DNA of 64,000 bases, from positions 10,974,001 to 11,038,000 of the forward strand of contig CM022665.1 of the NCBI GenBank assembly GCA_012295275.1. The letters run 5' to 3'. Made by a program: the position numbers and the translations under genes. The DNA comes from Chrysomallon squamiferum (taxonomy: Eukaryota > Animalia > Mollusca). The notes below the pieces were generated by a model. It worked only from the letters and a program-made list of their open reading frames with translations, was not told where the DNA came from and made no database searches. How positions within the stretch are numbered: position 1 is the stretch's first letter; every line of letters begins with the position of its first letter. Below are positions 41,833-55,174 of this stretch, in pieces.

Positions 41833-43309
41833 AATTATCCTAGTTTTTGGTATAAACACTGATCTTTCTCATAAAAATAAAAAATGCATTAAATTGCTAG
41901 GGTTTCCCTAAATCCATTCTCTTTCTGTATATTAAAAAGCAGTATTTATTGCTATATATAAATTGTTTGATTTCCCTCCTTAAAAGGAAAAAAATTTCTT
42001 TATTGTAAAAAAAAAAAAGTTACAACATCACTGCAACCATTACTAAAATTGCTACTACTAAAAGCACTTTACTTAAAAGTAATAGTTCTTATCAGAAAGA
42101 AGAATATTAACATGTTCAAAATATCAATAATGAAAGACCAAATTTTGTAGCTTTTAAAATAAAACAGAAACCCAATTTTTATGGTTATTAAAATCAACAG
42201 AAAGCCATCATTATTATTTTCCAAGTCAAAATTCATTACGGATTCTTAAAATGTCATTTATGTAAGGACGAGTTTGAAGTCATTTCCTTGTATTGAATTT
42301 TTCCTTGATGCATTATGAAAAATCATTGTCCCATTAATACAGTGATGGATACAGGGACATCTAGAGCTTTCAGGATGAATGTGAAACAGATCTCTGCTGT
42401 TTAAAAATTAATACAACAGTAGACATTTATCAGCAAAATCATTGCCAGTTCATTAAGCTGTTAGTCCAATTCCTGGTAGTGTTTCGGTACAAGTTAGGTC
42501 AAAGTGTCCAAGGGATGATGTAATCTTGTGTTGTGTAACAGAAAGTTTAAATTATTAATTGTTTACTGATGTGCTAAAAGCTTTGTGTTATTGTTGCACC
42601 TATTTATGTTTGATTCTAAATTTCAATTCTCTGTGGATTTCATTATTACATAGCACGTAGCTCAGTGTTAAAGATCAGATAATCTTTTCATTGTGTTTGT
42701 ATTTTAATGGCTTTATGTTTTATATATATATATACGTACACATATACGTATGCTTTTTATGTATGTATGTATATGTGTATGTATATAAGCAGTCCCCCAA
42801 AACAACTTTCTTATATCCTGAATTTAACCAAAAACGTTATTTCACTTTTAATATTTGAAAGTAAGGCAACTCGTTAAATATATATAATATGTTGTTTTGT
42901 TGGTTTTTAAAACAGGAAAAGATATTTATAAATAAAAAAACAAAAAAAAAAAAATCCAACTAAAAAGCCATATATGTTTACGTAATGAATTTTGATTCCA
43001 CTTATGATTGCAAATCAGTTGTCAGATGTATTAAAAACCTTAAGAATTTTGCATTCAGTTTAGATTGATCAAATGACTGAAGTGCTGTTCTTGGTAAATT
43101 TAATAAAAGAAACACTTTAAAAATTTCATTCTCTGTACACCAAGTTGTTGAGCTCCTGGATTAAAACACTGTATGAAACTCTTGATAAATTTAATTTAAA
43201 AAATGCTTGTTTTTTTTGTTTTTTTTTTTTCAAATTTCATTCTCAAAATTTCAAGAATTTTGTTTTTCTCAGGTTCCTGGATTGACAAAATATTTATAAA
43301 TTTAATAAA

Positions 43310-43343
<34 letters not shown>

Positions 43344-45100
43344 CAAAATCCGAAGACTTCTGCATTCTGTTCAGGTTCCTGGAACAATTACCATGCAATT
43401 CTTGACAAATTTAATTTAAAAGAAAGAAATACTAAAAAAAAAAATTCTACAACAGAATGAAAATGGAAAAGAAACATTTTGTCTGGATTCCGATGCAATT
43501 CTATTGATTTCTTTTCCATCACTGGTGGCTTGTGTTGCAGACAACTTGCAAACATATGCTCTGATGGGCCCCACTGGAATAGTAGAGAACAGAACTAGCC
43601 CAGTGGCCAAGCTAATTGGATTGTTGTGTCTGATAAGGGGAAACTTGTAAAGTCCAGTTTGTCTTGTAATTAAGTTAGTTTGCTTGATCTTTGTCAGTCT
43701 GCTGTTTAGATTGCTAAAGAGTTGTTCTGTGTGAAATGGCCACAACTGTCAGGGGATGGTTTGGCTTGTGATGTTAAAAGTGTGTGAAAAATGAAAATTA
43801 TCATTGCTTGTTATATGACTGAGATAACAGTTGGTGACTGTGTGTGTGGGTGAAAGGTTTATTATGTAGATACTGAAAAGAATAAGAAGTGGAAAAGATG
43901 TGTTAAAATTAATATAATTATATAATTTGTTTTTGAAGTATTCAAAGCTACAAAGATATGATTTGATACAGATTTTCTGATTTCATGACTTCTTATTATA
44001 ATTAACTTCACTTGTTATTAAAGATTTTCTGATTTGCTATTTTAATTTCATGACTTTTTATTACAGTTTACTTTTTTTAAGGTCATTTCTGATTTGTTAT
44101 TAACCATTTCATTTTTTTTTTATATATATATTAATATTATTATGACTTTCCAGATATGTTATCATTGTTCATGATCTATTTAAAAATAATCAGTAACATT
44201 TTATTAATCGTATTTTAATGACAAAATGTTAAAAAGACCACTACTCCCTAAACAGCTTTCAAAGTTATTAGAGGATTTTTTTTTTTTTTAAAGTTTTTGA
44301 AATGTATTTTTATAATTCTGGATAAAAGAATAAAAAATAACATCATCACAATCATTATTATTACTATTACTACCGCTGCTACTTTTTTGTTGCTATTATT
44401 ATGATTACTATTATTTTTATTAGTCACATTTGCATCATTATTAAAATGTTAAATCAAATGCTGCTTCCAAATAAACTGTAACAACCACTCGAAATTATTA
44501 ATCCATATTACAATTCATTCCCGCTTGAATAAAACACCCCATTTCACCTGTAATGTCTCTAAGAGTTCTATTACAAAATCAGAAATGAAACGAATTCTGA
44601 ATGTTCACAATTTTACCATTCCATTTCCTATATTATTATTACTCTCTTGATCACAGCACAGCTATCTCCATTGCCTTTCCATTTGCCGCAATCTAGCATG
44701 GCACCATTAACACAGTGGATTCCACTGGACCATGTCGACAAGAGGAAACATTTCATTAACTGATCAGCTGGAAGATGGACTTTAATCTAGCATAAAATAA
44801 TAAATTACTGGGAAGCCCAACTCAATGGCTGCCCAAGCGAATACGGCGTACAACTGTGATGGTTACTGTTTCTCCGTGTTATGGCTAATGGTTTTAGATC
44901 TGAATTTATTTATTTATTTTTTTTCTTTCATTTGTTTTGTTGCTGTTTATTTTGTAATTTTTTTTCCATCATCCAGATATTGCAGAATATTATTGTCAAT
45001 TTGTTTCAGACAAAAAAAAAAAAAAAAAAAATCTCGGATAAAAATGTATGTAGGTTAATTCGGTATTTATTACCTAATTCACGTTCTTTAGTTATATCAT

Positions 45101-45152
<52 letters not shown>

Positions 45153-45297
45153 TAATTGTTTAGTTTTCTTGATGCTGTTGTTATTGTTGTAATTATATTA
45201 CCATCGTCCTAGTTATTATTGCTATGTTATTGTTGTTGCAATTAATAATTAATGATAATAATAATAGTAATAATGATAAAAATACTACTATTACTAC

Positions 45298-45334
<37 letters not shown>

Positions 45335-47384
45335 TAATTAGTAGTATTTACTAGTATCAGTATTAGGATTAATATTGCTGTTATTATTATTCTTATTCCT
45401 GTTATTATTATTTTTATTGTTATTGCTGTTGTATATGTTTGCTATATGATTCACATATATTTTTTTTAAAAGGTTAGAAGACCATTATAAAATATATACT
45501 GCAGTGTAATACTGGTTCAGACTACTGATATGAACATTTTGTAAATTAATTATTGTATTAATTTTAATTCTAATTATTGATTCTTGCAATCATTGTTAAT
45601 ATTAATGTAATATTCTATAAATTCATTTTTATTTTTATTTTTTATATAACATTCAATGGCATTCAGTCAGTGATAACCTAACTCAAAAATGAAATCAATA
45701 TACATTTTTCTCCTACTTGTTGTTAACCATTGTATAATTTTTCATATTATTTCTGTTCATTCTGACATCAGTATATTTTCATTTTCTCTAGTTAATTTTA
45801 AAATTATTATTGTTATTATTATTATTATTATTATATACATTTTTATTATTTTATTTTTTTAAATCACAAATGATGAACACTGTTTGAAATGAATAAAAAT
45901 ATAACACAAGACATGCAACAAAAATGGCAAGATCATTTTAGAAATAATGATTCCAAAATGTTAATAATCTTTTAATAATAATACATTTTTTATAATGAGA
46001 ACGGTTTGATCTTCTGTTAAAATATATACCAGATTTCTTATGGTCAGAGCTTTCTGTATGGTCATCTGGTCAATTTTCTGGCCAGTTAAGTCCAATTATT
46101 TATCAGAGAAAACAAAATGAATGCTGATCTTTATCAAGAAAAACATTTTTAACTGCATGAGAATTCATGCAGAATAATCATGAAAAAGTCTGTTATTTTG
46201 ATTCCTCTGTCAATTTTTTTTCTTTTTTCTAAAGGAGATGGATTTAAATGTCAAATATTATTACTGTCAAACATTGTATTTCTGTTACTACTCAAAAATT
46301 GGGATTGAGAATATGTATTTTGGATGATTTTCAAATAATAAAAATAAAGATGTATTAAGAAGAAGAACTGAATAAGTGACCATTTTCCTCCCTTACTATT
46401 CAGTCTTCTGTTACTGTTATTATTTTTAAATATTCTTCCAGATGGCTAATATTTCATTATTTGGAGAGTGTAAGAGAAAATTATTTTAATTATAAATAAA
46501 AATAAATCAAAGATGTGCATATCTGTCGAAAAGTATTTTAACCAAAACAATATTACTCATTCTGGAGTCAGAATCTGATAAGAATTTTTTTTTTTATTTT
46601 TTTTTTTAATTAAAAATAAACAACAAATGTCATAAAAATCTTATCTTTATAAAGACAAAACTCTACTACTGACTGTTAATCTTTAAAATAATAATAATAA
46701 TAATAATAATAATAAACAAAATAATTAGTGATTATAATAGTGCAAATGTTATCAGTAAAAGTCTTTTGTTTTTCTTTTCTTATACAAATTTGTCATAGGA
46801 ATTCCAATGATTAAATTTTCATACCATACATATGTGAAAATATTAATTCAAAATGTGTGAAGAAATCTCATTAGTAACTTTCCTTCCGATTTGTATTTGA
46901 ACTTCAAGATGCCATTCACTTACAGAATTTCATGCTTAAAACCCCTTTCAGCAATGAGTTAATTAGTGGAACAACTGTGGCAACAGTGACCACTGGGTCT
47001 CTTCTAAGAGTTTTGAAGAATTCTTCAGCCTCATTCAAACAGCCAGGTCCGGCTACAACATACAAATGTCCAAGAGAAGATTGTTTATTTTCCAATCAAT
47101 GTCTTGGCCAGTTGGGCAGCACAAATAAACACAACACATCTTCTTCAGCTGACAACTGCTTGAGGAAATATTTCAGAATATCTGATAACATGCCTGCTGT
47201 AAGTTGGCCACGCTGTACTGATAAGGTAGAGACACATTCTTCAAGTTATTGCAATATTCAAAATTAGACACCTTTTCAGTGAGGGCAAAACAAACATCTT
47301 CTTTCTGTGGTAAGATATACATTTCTGATTGTATTTTGCCAGCAGTGTTGGAGGGAGGTCATAAAGCAGTCCAAGCAAGAATTG

Positions 47385-47635
47385 TATGGGAAAAATAAAG
47401 TCCTTAAATGGGAAACATAAAGCTCTGAACAGGAAAGAATAAGGCTCTACATGGGGTGAATACAGCTGTAAATTGGAAGAATAAAGCTCTAAGTTGGAAG
47501 AATAAAGCTTTAAACTGGAAAAATAAAGCTCTATATAGTATGAATAAGGTGCTAAATGTGAAAAATAAGGTTCTGTATGGGGTAAATAAAGCCCAAAATG
47601 GGGACTAATAAAGATATATGTGGAAAGATTAAAGC
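47385..47635. repeat. Degenerate 21-bp minisatellite
   Basis: Repeated aataaagctctaaattggaag. Confidence 0.8.
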
Positions 47636-50371
47636 CACCAATAGTTGCTTCATTGTTATTTAATGTCAGTTTAAATATGGCAGTCCTATTTGAAAGACAA
47701 CAGTTTCTGAACTAATTCATGTTCAGTTAAACAGTTTAAAATTCGTATTAATCAGTCAGCTTTGCATGTCAGTATATACAGTATATACAGTAGTAAATAT
47801 AATTATGTTCTTATGCAAAGTTACATCAATATAAATAAGCTATTTCAGCCAAAGTTTGTTTATGTATATATTAATGTTAGGTAATCCAGTATCCTGGTAT
47901 GCTTGAGCACACCTGAATATACAGATTTTTAAATATTATTGTAAACAGTTCAGTAAAAGGCATGTGTCAAATTCATGTCTGCATTATGTTATATTATGCA
48001 ACTGATAATTAAATATTTGTTGCAGTTACTGAAAGAAAACTTTTAGTTACATAAGCTGTCATCCAGTAATTTAAACTTAATTATGACACCAGTGGGCCAT
48101 CAACAAAATCAACTAATTAAAATCTGTTTATAACATGAATGGTTTATCAAGAAAATGAATAATTAAAATTTGATCATTGTACAAATGGTCTGTCAATAAA
48201 TACTGTTAATCAAACAGTGCAATAACTACACTTGTGTTACATCATTCCATCCCATTAACAAGCGTGTAAGTTGTAAAGACGATGCCCAACATACTGTTAC
48301 AAGTATTTACAGCACAGTTTGGAAACTCTCGTCTCCCTTGGTGTTCGTTGATACTGTTATGTGTGCCCCATGGTTGGATAGCTTGTGTAAATGTTTGTCT
48401 CCTGAGAGTAAAAGGGCATGCTCTGGGCACACACACACTGCCCCTGATGACTTTTGTTGCTCAACAAAACAAGGAAAAACATTTTCAGATGGTCATCAAG
48501 GGAAAAGAATGGCAGTGGTGAGAGTTCCTTCAAAGACTTTTTCCAGATATCTTCAGGGACAGCAGCCCACTAGCAATGCTAATAACAAGTTGAGTTCATT
48601 CATGTTCACCACCCAAAGGCAGTGCTGTGTCAATAAACTGAGCTAAAATTAATGATCCCAAAGTTCACAGATACTGTTTTAAGAATTTTACTCTTAGTAA
48701 TTCTGAAGCATATTTTCTGACATACCATTTGTAATTTATATCTCCAAAAATACCACCCTAATTTAAATGACCATGATTTGGTGTTGCTGAGAAATTACTA
48801 CTACTACCACTACTAGTAATAATAATAATAGTAGTGATGGCAGTTGTAGTAGTAGTAGTAGTAGTAACAGAAGACGTAGCTGCAGTTTTAATGGTATTAG
48901 CAGTAATAGTAGTAACAGTAACAGTTATAGTAGTAGTAGTAAAAGCAGCTACTGTAGTAATTGCAGTACTTTTTTTCTTTTTTTTTAATTATCAAATTTC
49001 TTTATTTGTTAATCAACTTCCGCAGTAATTGCATAAACCTGACTTATGCCATTTTTGCAATGACAGTAAAATTCGCAAACCATTTGGAACAAAAGACCAA
49101 ACCTTCAGTTCAGACAATTTATAAATCAGTGCCATTTAACTGCTAACGCCAACAATTATTTCTGGTTGGGTGCTAACAAATAAGCTAATCTGCTTCAGCA
49201 TGTTTCCATTTGGTGTAGACAGGTGACTACTAACTACTACAACCAAGCAGCCAAGACCATTCGCGATCCTCGGATATTTTGACTTATGGCTTTATTGCAG
49301 CATCACTCTGTTGTCCATGGTCAGTTTGATAGCTACTATCTCCTCAGCTGTCAGTCTGTGTTGAAAATCTTCTATAATGGGATTACTTATACATGGTCTC
49401 TCTTATACAGCAATTATCAGTCACTTTTCTTTGGCTTATTTTACTTTTCTTTTCTTCATCTTCTTATTATTATTGTCATTGTCATTATTATCATCATTAT
49501 TATAAACATCTTCATTATCATCATCATCATTATTTATTTTATAATTTTTTTTTATCTATGTTGATATATTTGTTTTGTCTTAGTTTTTCAAAATATTAAT
49601 ACATTGAATAAATATGTAATAAGTCTTAGGAATGATATTTTCAGACATATTTTGTTATGTTAATTTAGTAAATGATAACTTTTAGGAGTAATGTGTTCAA
49701 TTACATATTGTGTTTTACTAATTTAATAATGTCGAATATATAATATAATTATACTGAATTAATAAGTAATATCTTTTTGGAGCAATGATTTAGTCAGTTA
49801 TATTTTGTTTTGTTAATTTTGTAAAGTATCAAAAAAAAAAAAAGCTGTTAATAAATAATAATTATAGAAGTAACATGGTCTGTTATATTTTGTCTTCTGT
49901 ATAAAAAATGTTACATATACTGAAGTAAAAACTTACAAAAAACATTGGTATGATCAGTTAAATGCTGTGTGTAAATTCAGATAACTACATGTCTCTTGTA
50001 TTATGTAAGATGTGATGTATTATATATTAGGTGTGTCACTGTAATCCAGAAAGCCCAGCCGTCTAATGTGACATAAAAAAATTCAGCTACTTAGAAATGA
50101 CTAATAACAAGCCATATTTCACACCTTAACCTAGTAACAGCAAAGAAATATTAATTAAATAGTTTCTCTTTCCCATTCTTTTTCACTGATATGAAAAAAA
50201 AAAAAAAAAAAATTATTTTATAAGAACCTTTCTTGTTATTCAGGTAACTTAAAGCATAATACTGTCATTGAATGTTTTGGGGATGAACTGATCTTTATTT
50301 TCAGAAATGGATGATAAGCCTGTACTTCATAATTCTTAGGCTTTGTGAGAATTCTATTTTATCTCTGGTAA

Positions 50372-50545
50372 GAATAGGTAACCAATCTATATTACACTTG
50401 AATATCTTGGGTAAATGAAGATAGTCAATCTAAATAATACTTGTGAGGTTAACTTCGATATCTTGGGTAATAGTAGATAGCCAATCCATGTATCACTTTT
50501 GTTATTATTTAGGATATCTTGAGTAACAGAAGACAGCCAGTCTGT
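50372..50545. repeat. Degenerate tandem repeat, about 40-60 bp unit
   Basis: Repeated atatcttgggtaa...agatagccaatc. Confidence 0.7.
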
Positions 50546-50813
50546 GTAATATTTCTTTAACTTAGTTTTAATGGGTGTATGCAGAACTGTTGCAGATCTT
50601 CACATACAAAATAAAGTGCTAATGGTAAAGAAACTTTGTGCATTTGGTCCAAATGGTATATATTTAAGATACCAACTAAAATATAATTTTTTTTTATTTT
50701 TTTTTGTAATTTTAATTAAAATAGACTTTCTTTCTTTTATTTATATGTTTATACATTTATTATTTCTTTTATATGTTTTATTTATTTATTCTTCTATTTA
50801 TGTATTCATTTTA

Positions 50814-50846
<33 letters not shown>

Positions 50847-51584
50847 CCTATCACAGCTTTAAAGTTATTAGATAGAGTTTTCTATAAATGTCTTCAAACA
50901 TACAAATATTTTTTTTTTCTATTACTATAATTTCTCTAGCCAGTAAATTATACCTGTTGAGAAACTTAAATTAATTATCAAGCCGGAACAAAAAATAACA
51001 TGCAGGAAGGTGAATTAATTATGGAAGACAAAAGGTTATGTAATTTAAAAACTAAAATATCTATGTTGATGGTGTGTGCTCTCTATAAAGATTATCACAC
51101 TGTGAGAAGTATCTGCATTATCTGTCATGTTATTATGAATAAAAAGTATACAGAAACATAAAGAAACTTTCATAATTCAGTTAATAAAACATAAATTGGT
51201 CAGGTGCCCTGGTGTACATATGTGAAAAAATCTAGAAAATAATTTCGAGCTGTTTTAATTGGAGAAAGAACATTCCAGTATGCAAGGGGATTTGCAAAAA
51301 GTAAATACGTAATAAAAATGTTTTAAAAAATATTTTAATAAACCCCCAAAGTCTAATAGTCTCTGGAATTTCAGCTATTATACAGAGAAAATCATCATTT
51401 CACAAACTGAGTACAACATTTTTCACAGTTGGTCTGAAAATATTGACCATCTGTAAACCTAAATAAATGTTATTTCTCCAAAAACTTGTTTTGAATAATT
51501 TTAAGATATTGTTATTGTACTTGTATTCAGAGCATTAAAACAAAGGTTACAGTATTAGTATTTAGATGTTTGTGGCTAGTTACA

Positions 51585-51730
51585 ATATTTATTTTTAGAC
51601 CATCATGACTATTGTTACACTGCTTGTATTTAGAACATTATGACTGTTATTACATTACTTGCATTTAGACCATCATGACTATTGTTACACTGCTTGTATT
51701 AAGAACATTTTGCTTTCTGTTACAGTACTT
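51585..51730. repeat. 35-bp minisatellite with alternating variants
   Basis: atttagaccatcatgactattgttacactgcttgtatt recurs at a 70-bp period. Confidence 0.85.
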
Positions 51731-52097
51731 TTGTTTGACTGTTATCACTAGTTACAATATTAGCATTTACAACACTGAACAAGTACAGTTACTCAACTTG
51801 CATTTAGATTTTTAAGACTGCTGTTACCAAACATTTAGGATGTTACAGTAATTGTGAATATACAGTAACTGTATTCAAAGCAGAAAGATACCACAGCAAT
51901 ATTTATAATTAGGGTACAAAGATTTAAATCCTTTATACAAAACATTAATTCAGATTATTAAATAAACTGCTGCAGTACAAGTGTTTTGAGCATTAAAACA
52001 TCTTCTGGATGTTTCTACTCAGAGCATTAATGCAACTGATAAATATTTGTGTTCAAAACTACAATGGTCAGACGTTTGTATTTAATATTAATTTATT

Positions 52098-52230
52098 TTC
52101 AGATATTTGTAGTTACGGTTGACACATATTCAGAGATTTGTATTTAAAACATACATTCAGAGATTTGTATTCAAAACATACATTCAGAGATTTGTATTCT
52201 AAACTTACATTCAGAAATTTGTATTCAAGA
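52098..52230. repeat. 27-30 bp minisatellite
   Basis: Repeated attcagagatttgtattcaaaacatac. Confidence 0.85.
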
Positions 52231-54457
52231 CTGATTAATATTCACAATATTGAAACTAAGGCTTTTTCTAATCATTTTGTTTACCAAGCTGCTTTTTTCA
52301 AAAAAAAAGGAAGTGATTATGAAGTGCAATTATAGCAGAGAACAGAGCACACCAAACACATGTGCATGTGTTTTAGGTGGAATTTTTATAGTCTTCCCAA
52401 ACACTACCTGACTGCTCCATTTACAAACCTATATAAACACCAAATACCAAGTGAAATACTACAGCTATTTTTTTTTTTTTTTTTTTAAATATGTTATCTT
52501 TGTCAAGTAAATAAACATGACATTGGTTGTTGTTTTTTTTTTTTTTTTTTTTGGTCTTATATATTTTTTTCTTTGCTCCTGTAATGCAAGGAAAGGAATA
52601 ATAAAAATAATATATACATTGTTTTTCACCATATATATCTCTGTATCAGTTTTAGAGAATATTCAATAAAACTTACCCAGTGATAAATAATGAAACAATT
52701 AAAATAAAAAGTCAACACCACCACCACCAACATAGGTTACAACATCCACTGGACTAACTATAATCAATATTTATAATTAATTATTCTTTTTTAAAAATAT
52801 CTTGGTATTTTGTTTTCATTTTCCCAATTTAAAGTATTCTAACATTTTTGTAAGTTTTTTTGTGTTTTTTCTGGGGGGGGGGGCAACATCCATTTAAAAT
52901 ATATTTATAAATCATTTAACAATACTAATAAATAAAAACATAGATAATTTTAATCTTACTCTAAGTCTATTAAAAAAAAAAAAAAAAAAAATATTAAATC
53001 TTCTCACAATTACTATTGTTATTAGCCATGTGAGGAACCCCAAAGAAGAACCTTGTGCCACCTTTGACCCATTTGATCTTACTAATGACCTCCAGCATAG
53101 ACAGACATATGCAGATAGTTGTGAGGATGTATAAGCAGACAGATAAAGAATTCAAACTCTGCACCTGAAGCCCTGCCCACACAGGATTTGTGGCTGCCTT
53201 AGCAACAGACCACTTAAAGGGGCAATAATAAACAGCACTACAGAAACCTGTTAACTTTTTCTTTCTTTTTCTTTAAATTCTTTAAATTTTATGTACTGTA
53301 ATGGTTATTATCTTCATTTCAAAAATATTATTTATTTTTAGTTTTGAAATTTATTTACATTTTACTTATATTTTTCAAAAATTCTCTAAATCTGTCTTAG
53401 TTTTATATTAATTTAAATTTTTACTTACATTTTTCAAACATTCTTTAGATCTATTTTAGTTTTAAATTTATGTTAAATTACTTTTTCAAAAAGTATTTAA
53501 AAATCTCTTAAGTTATATTCAGTATTTAAAAATAAAAAATTATAACAATTTAAATTACTTTTTAAAAATTAGTTATTATCCAGCTATTTAACATATCATC
53601 TCTTTATCATAATATTTTATTTTTATTCATGACCTAAAATAAATTATATATTTAATTAGTAGATAAAAATTAAATTCTAAATTCAGAAATTTATTAAAAT
53701 AGTTTAAAAAATATATATATAAAAAATTAAAAATTAACATTGAATATTAAAAAAAAAAAAAACATGTAAATTAAAAAAAAAAAATATCAGCTAAGGAAAT
53801 TTAATTTTAAAAACTTCATTATTCAAGTTTTGATGCACTAAAGAATTTTTTTTTTTTATCTTTTCAAAAACTATTGCCACAGATCAGGAAAGTAGGCTCA
53901 CCAATAAAAAGATTAAAGAATATGTTAGCCAATAAAACAGCTGGTATTTAAGTAGTTCTATTAACATTAAACAGTGGGATTTCCATTACAGTCCCAGGCA
54001 TTCTACTTCAGTGATTAACAAAATAGTCAGGTTTTGTGACTGTCCGATTTATTTTATGTATATTTAGTTTTCATTAAAAAATATATTAATAAAATTTGGG
54101 AAATTACATTCCTTAATTTTATAGCTTGAGTTTTATATGTTAAACATTTGTTTGTGAATAAATTTATGTTTTTTATGGGTTTTTTTAATAGAGTATTTTT
54201 TATTTATTTTTTAATAAAATTTTGGGAAATAATATCGAATTAAATATTTAATATCTTTCGTTTTGCATTTAAAAGACAATTTCTGAATAAAATAGCATCA
54301 TGTTTGTAAGATACAGTTTTGTACAATTTTATACAATTTTGAAGGAAACATAACCTTTTTAAGAATCCAGTATTTTGAGTTTTGCAAGTAAATAACAGAT
54401 TTTACAAAAATATTTAATTCAGAAGACATTCTGATTTCTGTTAAATGTTACAACAGT

Positions 54458-54499
<42 letters not shown>

Positions 54500-54654
54500 C
54501 ATATTTTTAGGGCTTTCCAAATAAATATCCATTTCAGAATGTAAATTTTTTTTGTAAGTGTTTTGACTTTTCTTGTGTTTTACAGTAAAGGAAAAATAGA
54601 TATAAAAGTAATCTATTGTTTATGTCATATATACTGAATGAGAGACAACTCGAT

Positions 54655-55044
54655 GCATGTAGGAAATGGGGTTTATTCTCTGTAAAGTACTACAGCTCAA
54701 ATTCCAGAGGTAGACAAGGAGTTAAAAAAAAAAAAAAATATGTATGACATATTTATACACCAAATACATTTTCAAATTAGTTTTACTTCATTTCTAAAAA
54801 ATAGAAACATTACCATTTCCTCAAAATTAATAATAGAGATACCTTAATAATATTTATTCATGAATTAATATTATTTTTCTTTTTTTAAACAAAATAACAT
54901 GGCGCACTTATGAAATGCTTATGACATCAAATATATTACATCTTTAGCACTGACCTATTTACAGAAACCATCTGTGCAATGGTAGTATTTACAAGACATA
55001 ATGACATAGTCAAAACAATGTGACATATGTACAGAGACAGTATT

Positions 55045-55122
<78 letters not shown>

Positions 55123-55174
55123 GGCATTGACTTTACAAATAAGTGTACATCCCCCTGCATTCTGGCAATTTCTC
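54655..55174 (-). promoter_or_regulatory. Putative 3' UTR and intronic poly(A) region of a short NELL isoform
   Basis: Minus-strand TGTACATA (55026-55033) and TGTAAATA (54986-54993, 54956-54963). AATAAA at 54853-54858 and 54672-54677; the second is followed by CA and a GT/T-rich stretch. Confidence 0.45.
55049..55122. repeat. (AAT)n microsatellite, about 24 units
   Basis: Perfect trinucleotide run; reads (UUA)n on the NELL sense strand. Confidence 0.97.

Noticed and set aside
42654-42680. tRNA-like 5' sequence acgtagctcagtgttaaag
   Set aside because: Only an A-box fragment, with no T-arm or acceptor stem. It is probably a SINE head relic, not a tRNA gene.
46932-47267. 111-aa plus-strand ORF
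   Set aside because: No recognisable domain, promoter or splice partners; insufficient support for a nested gene.
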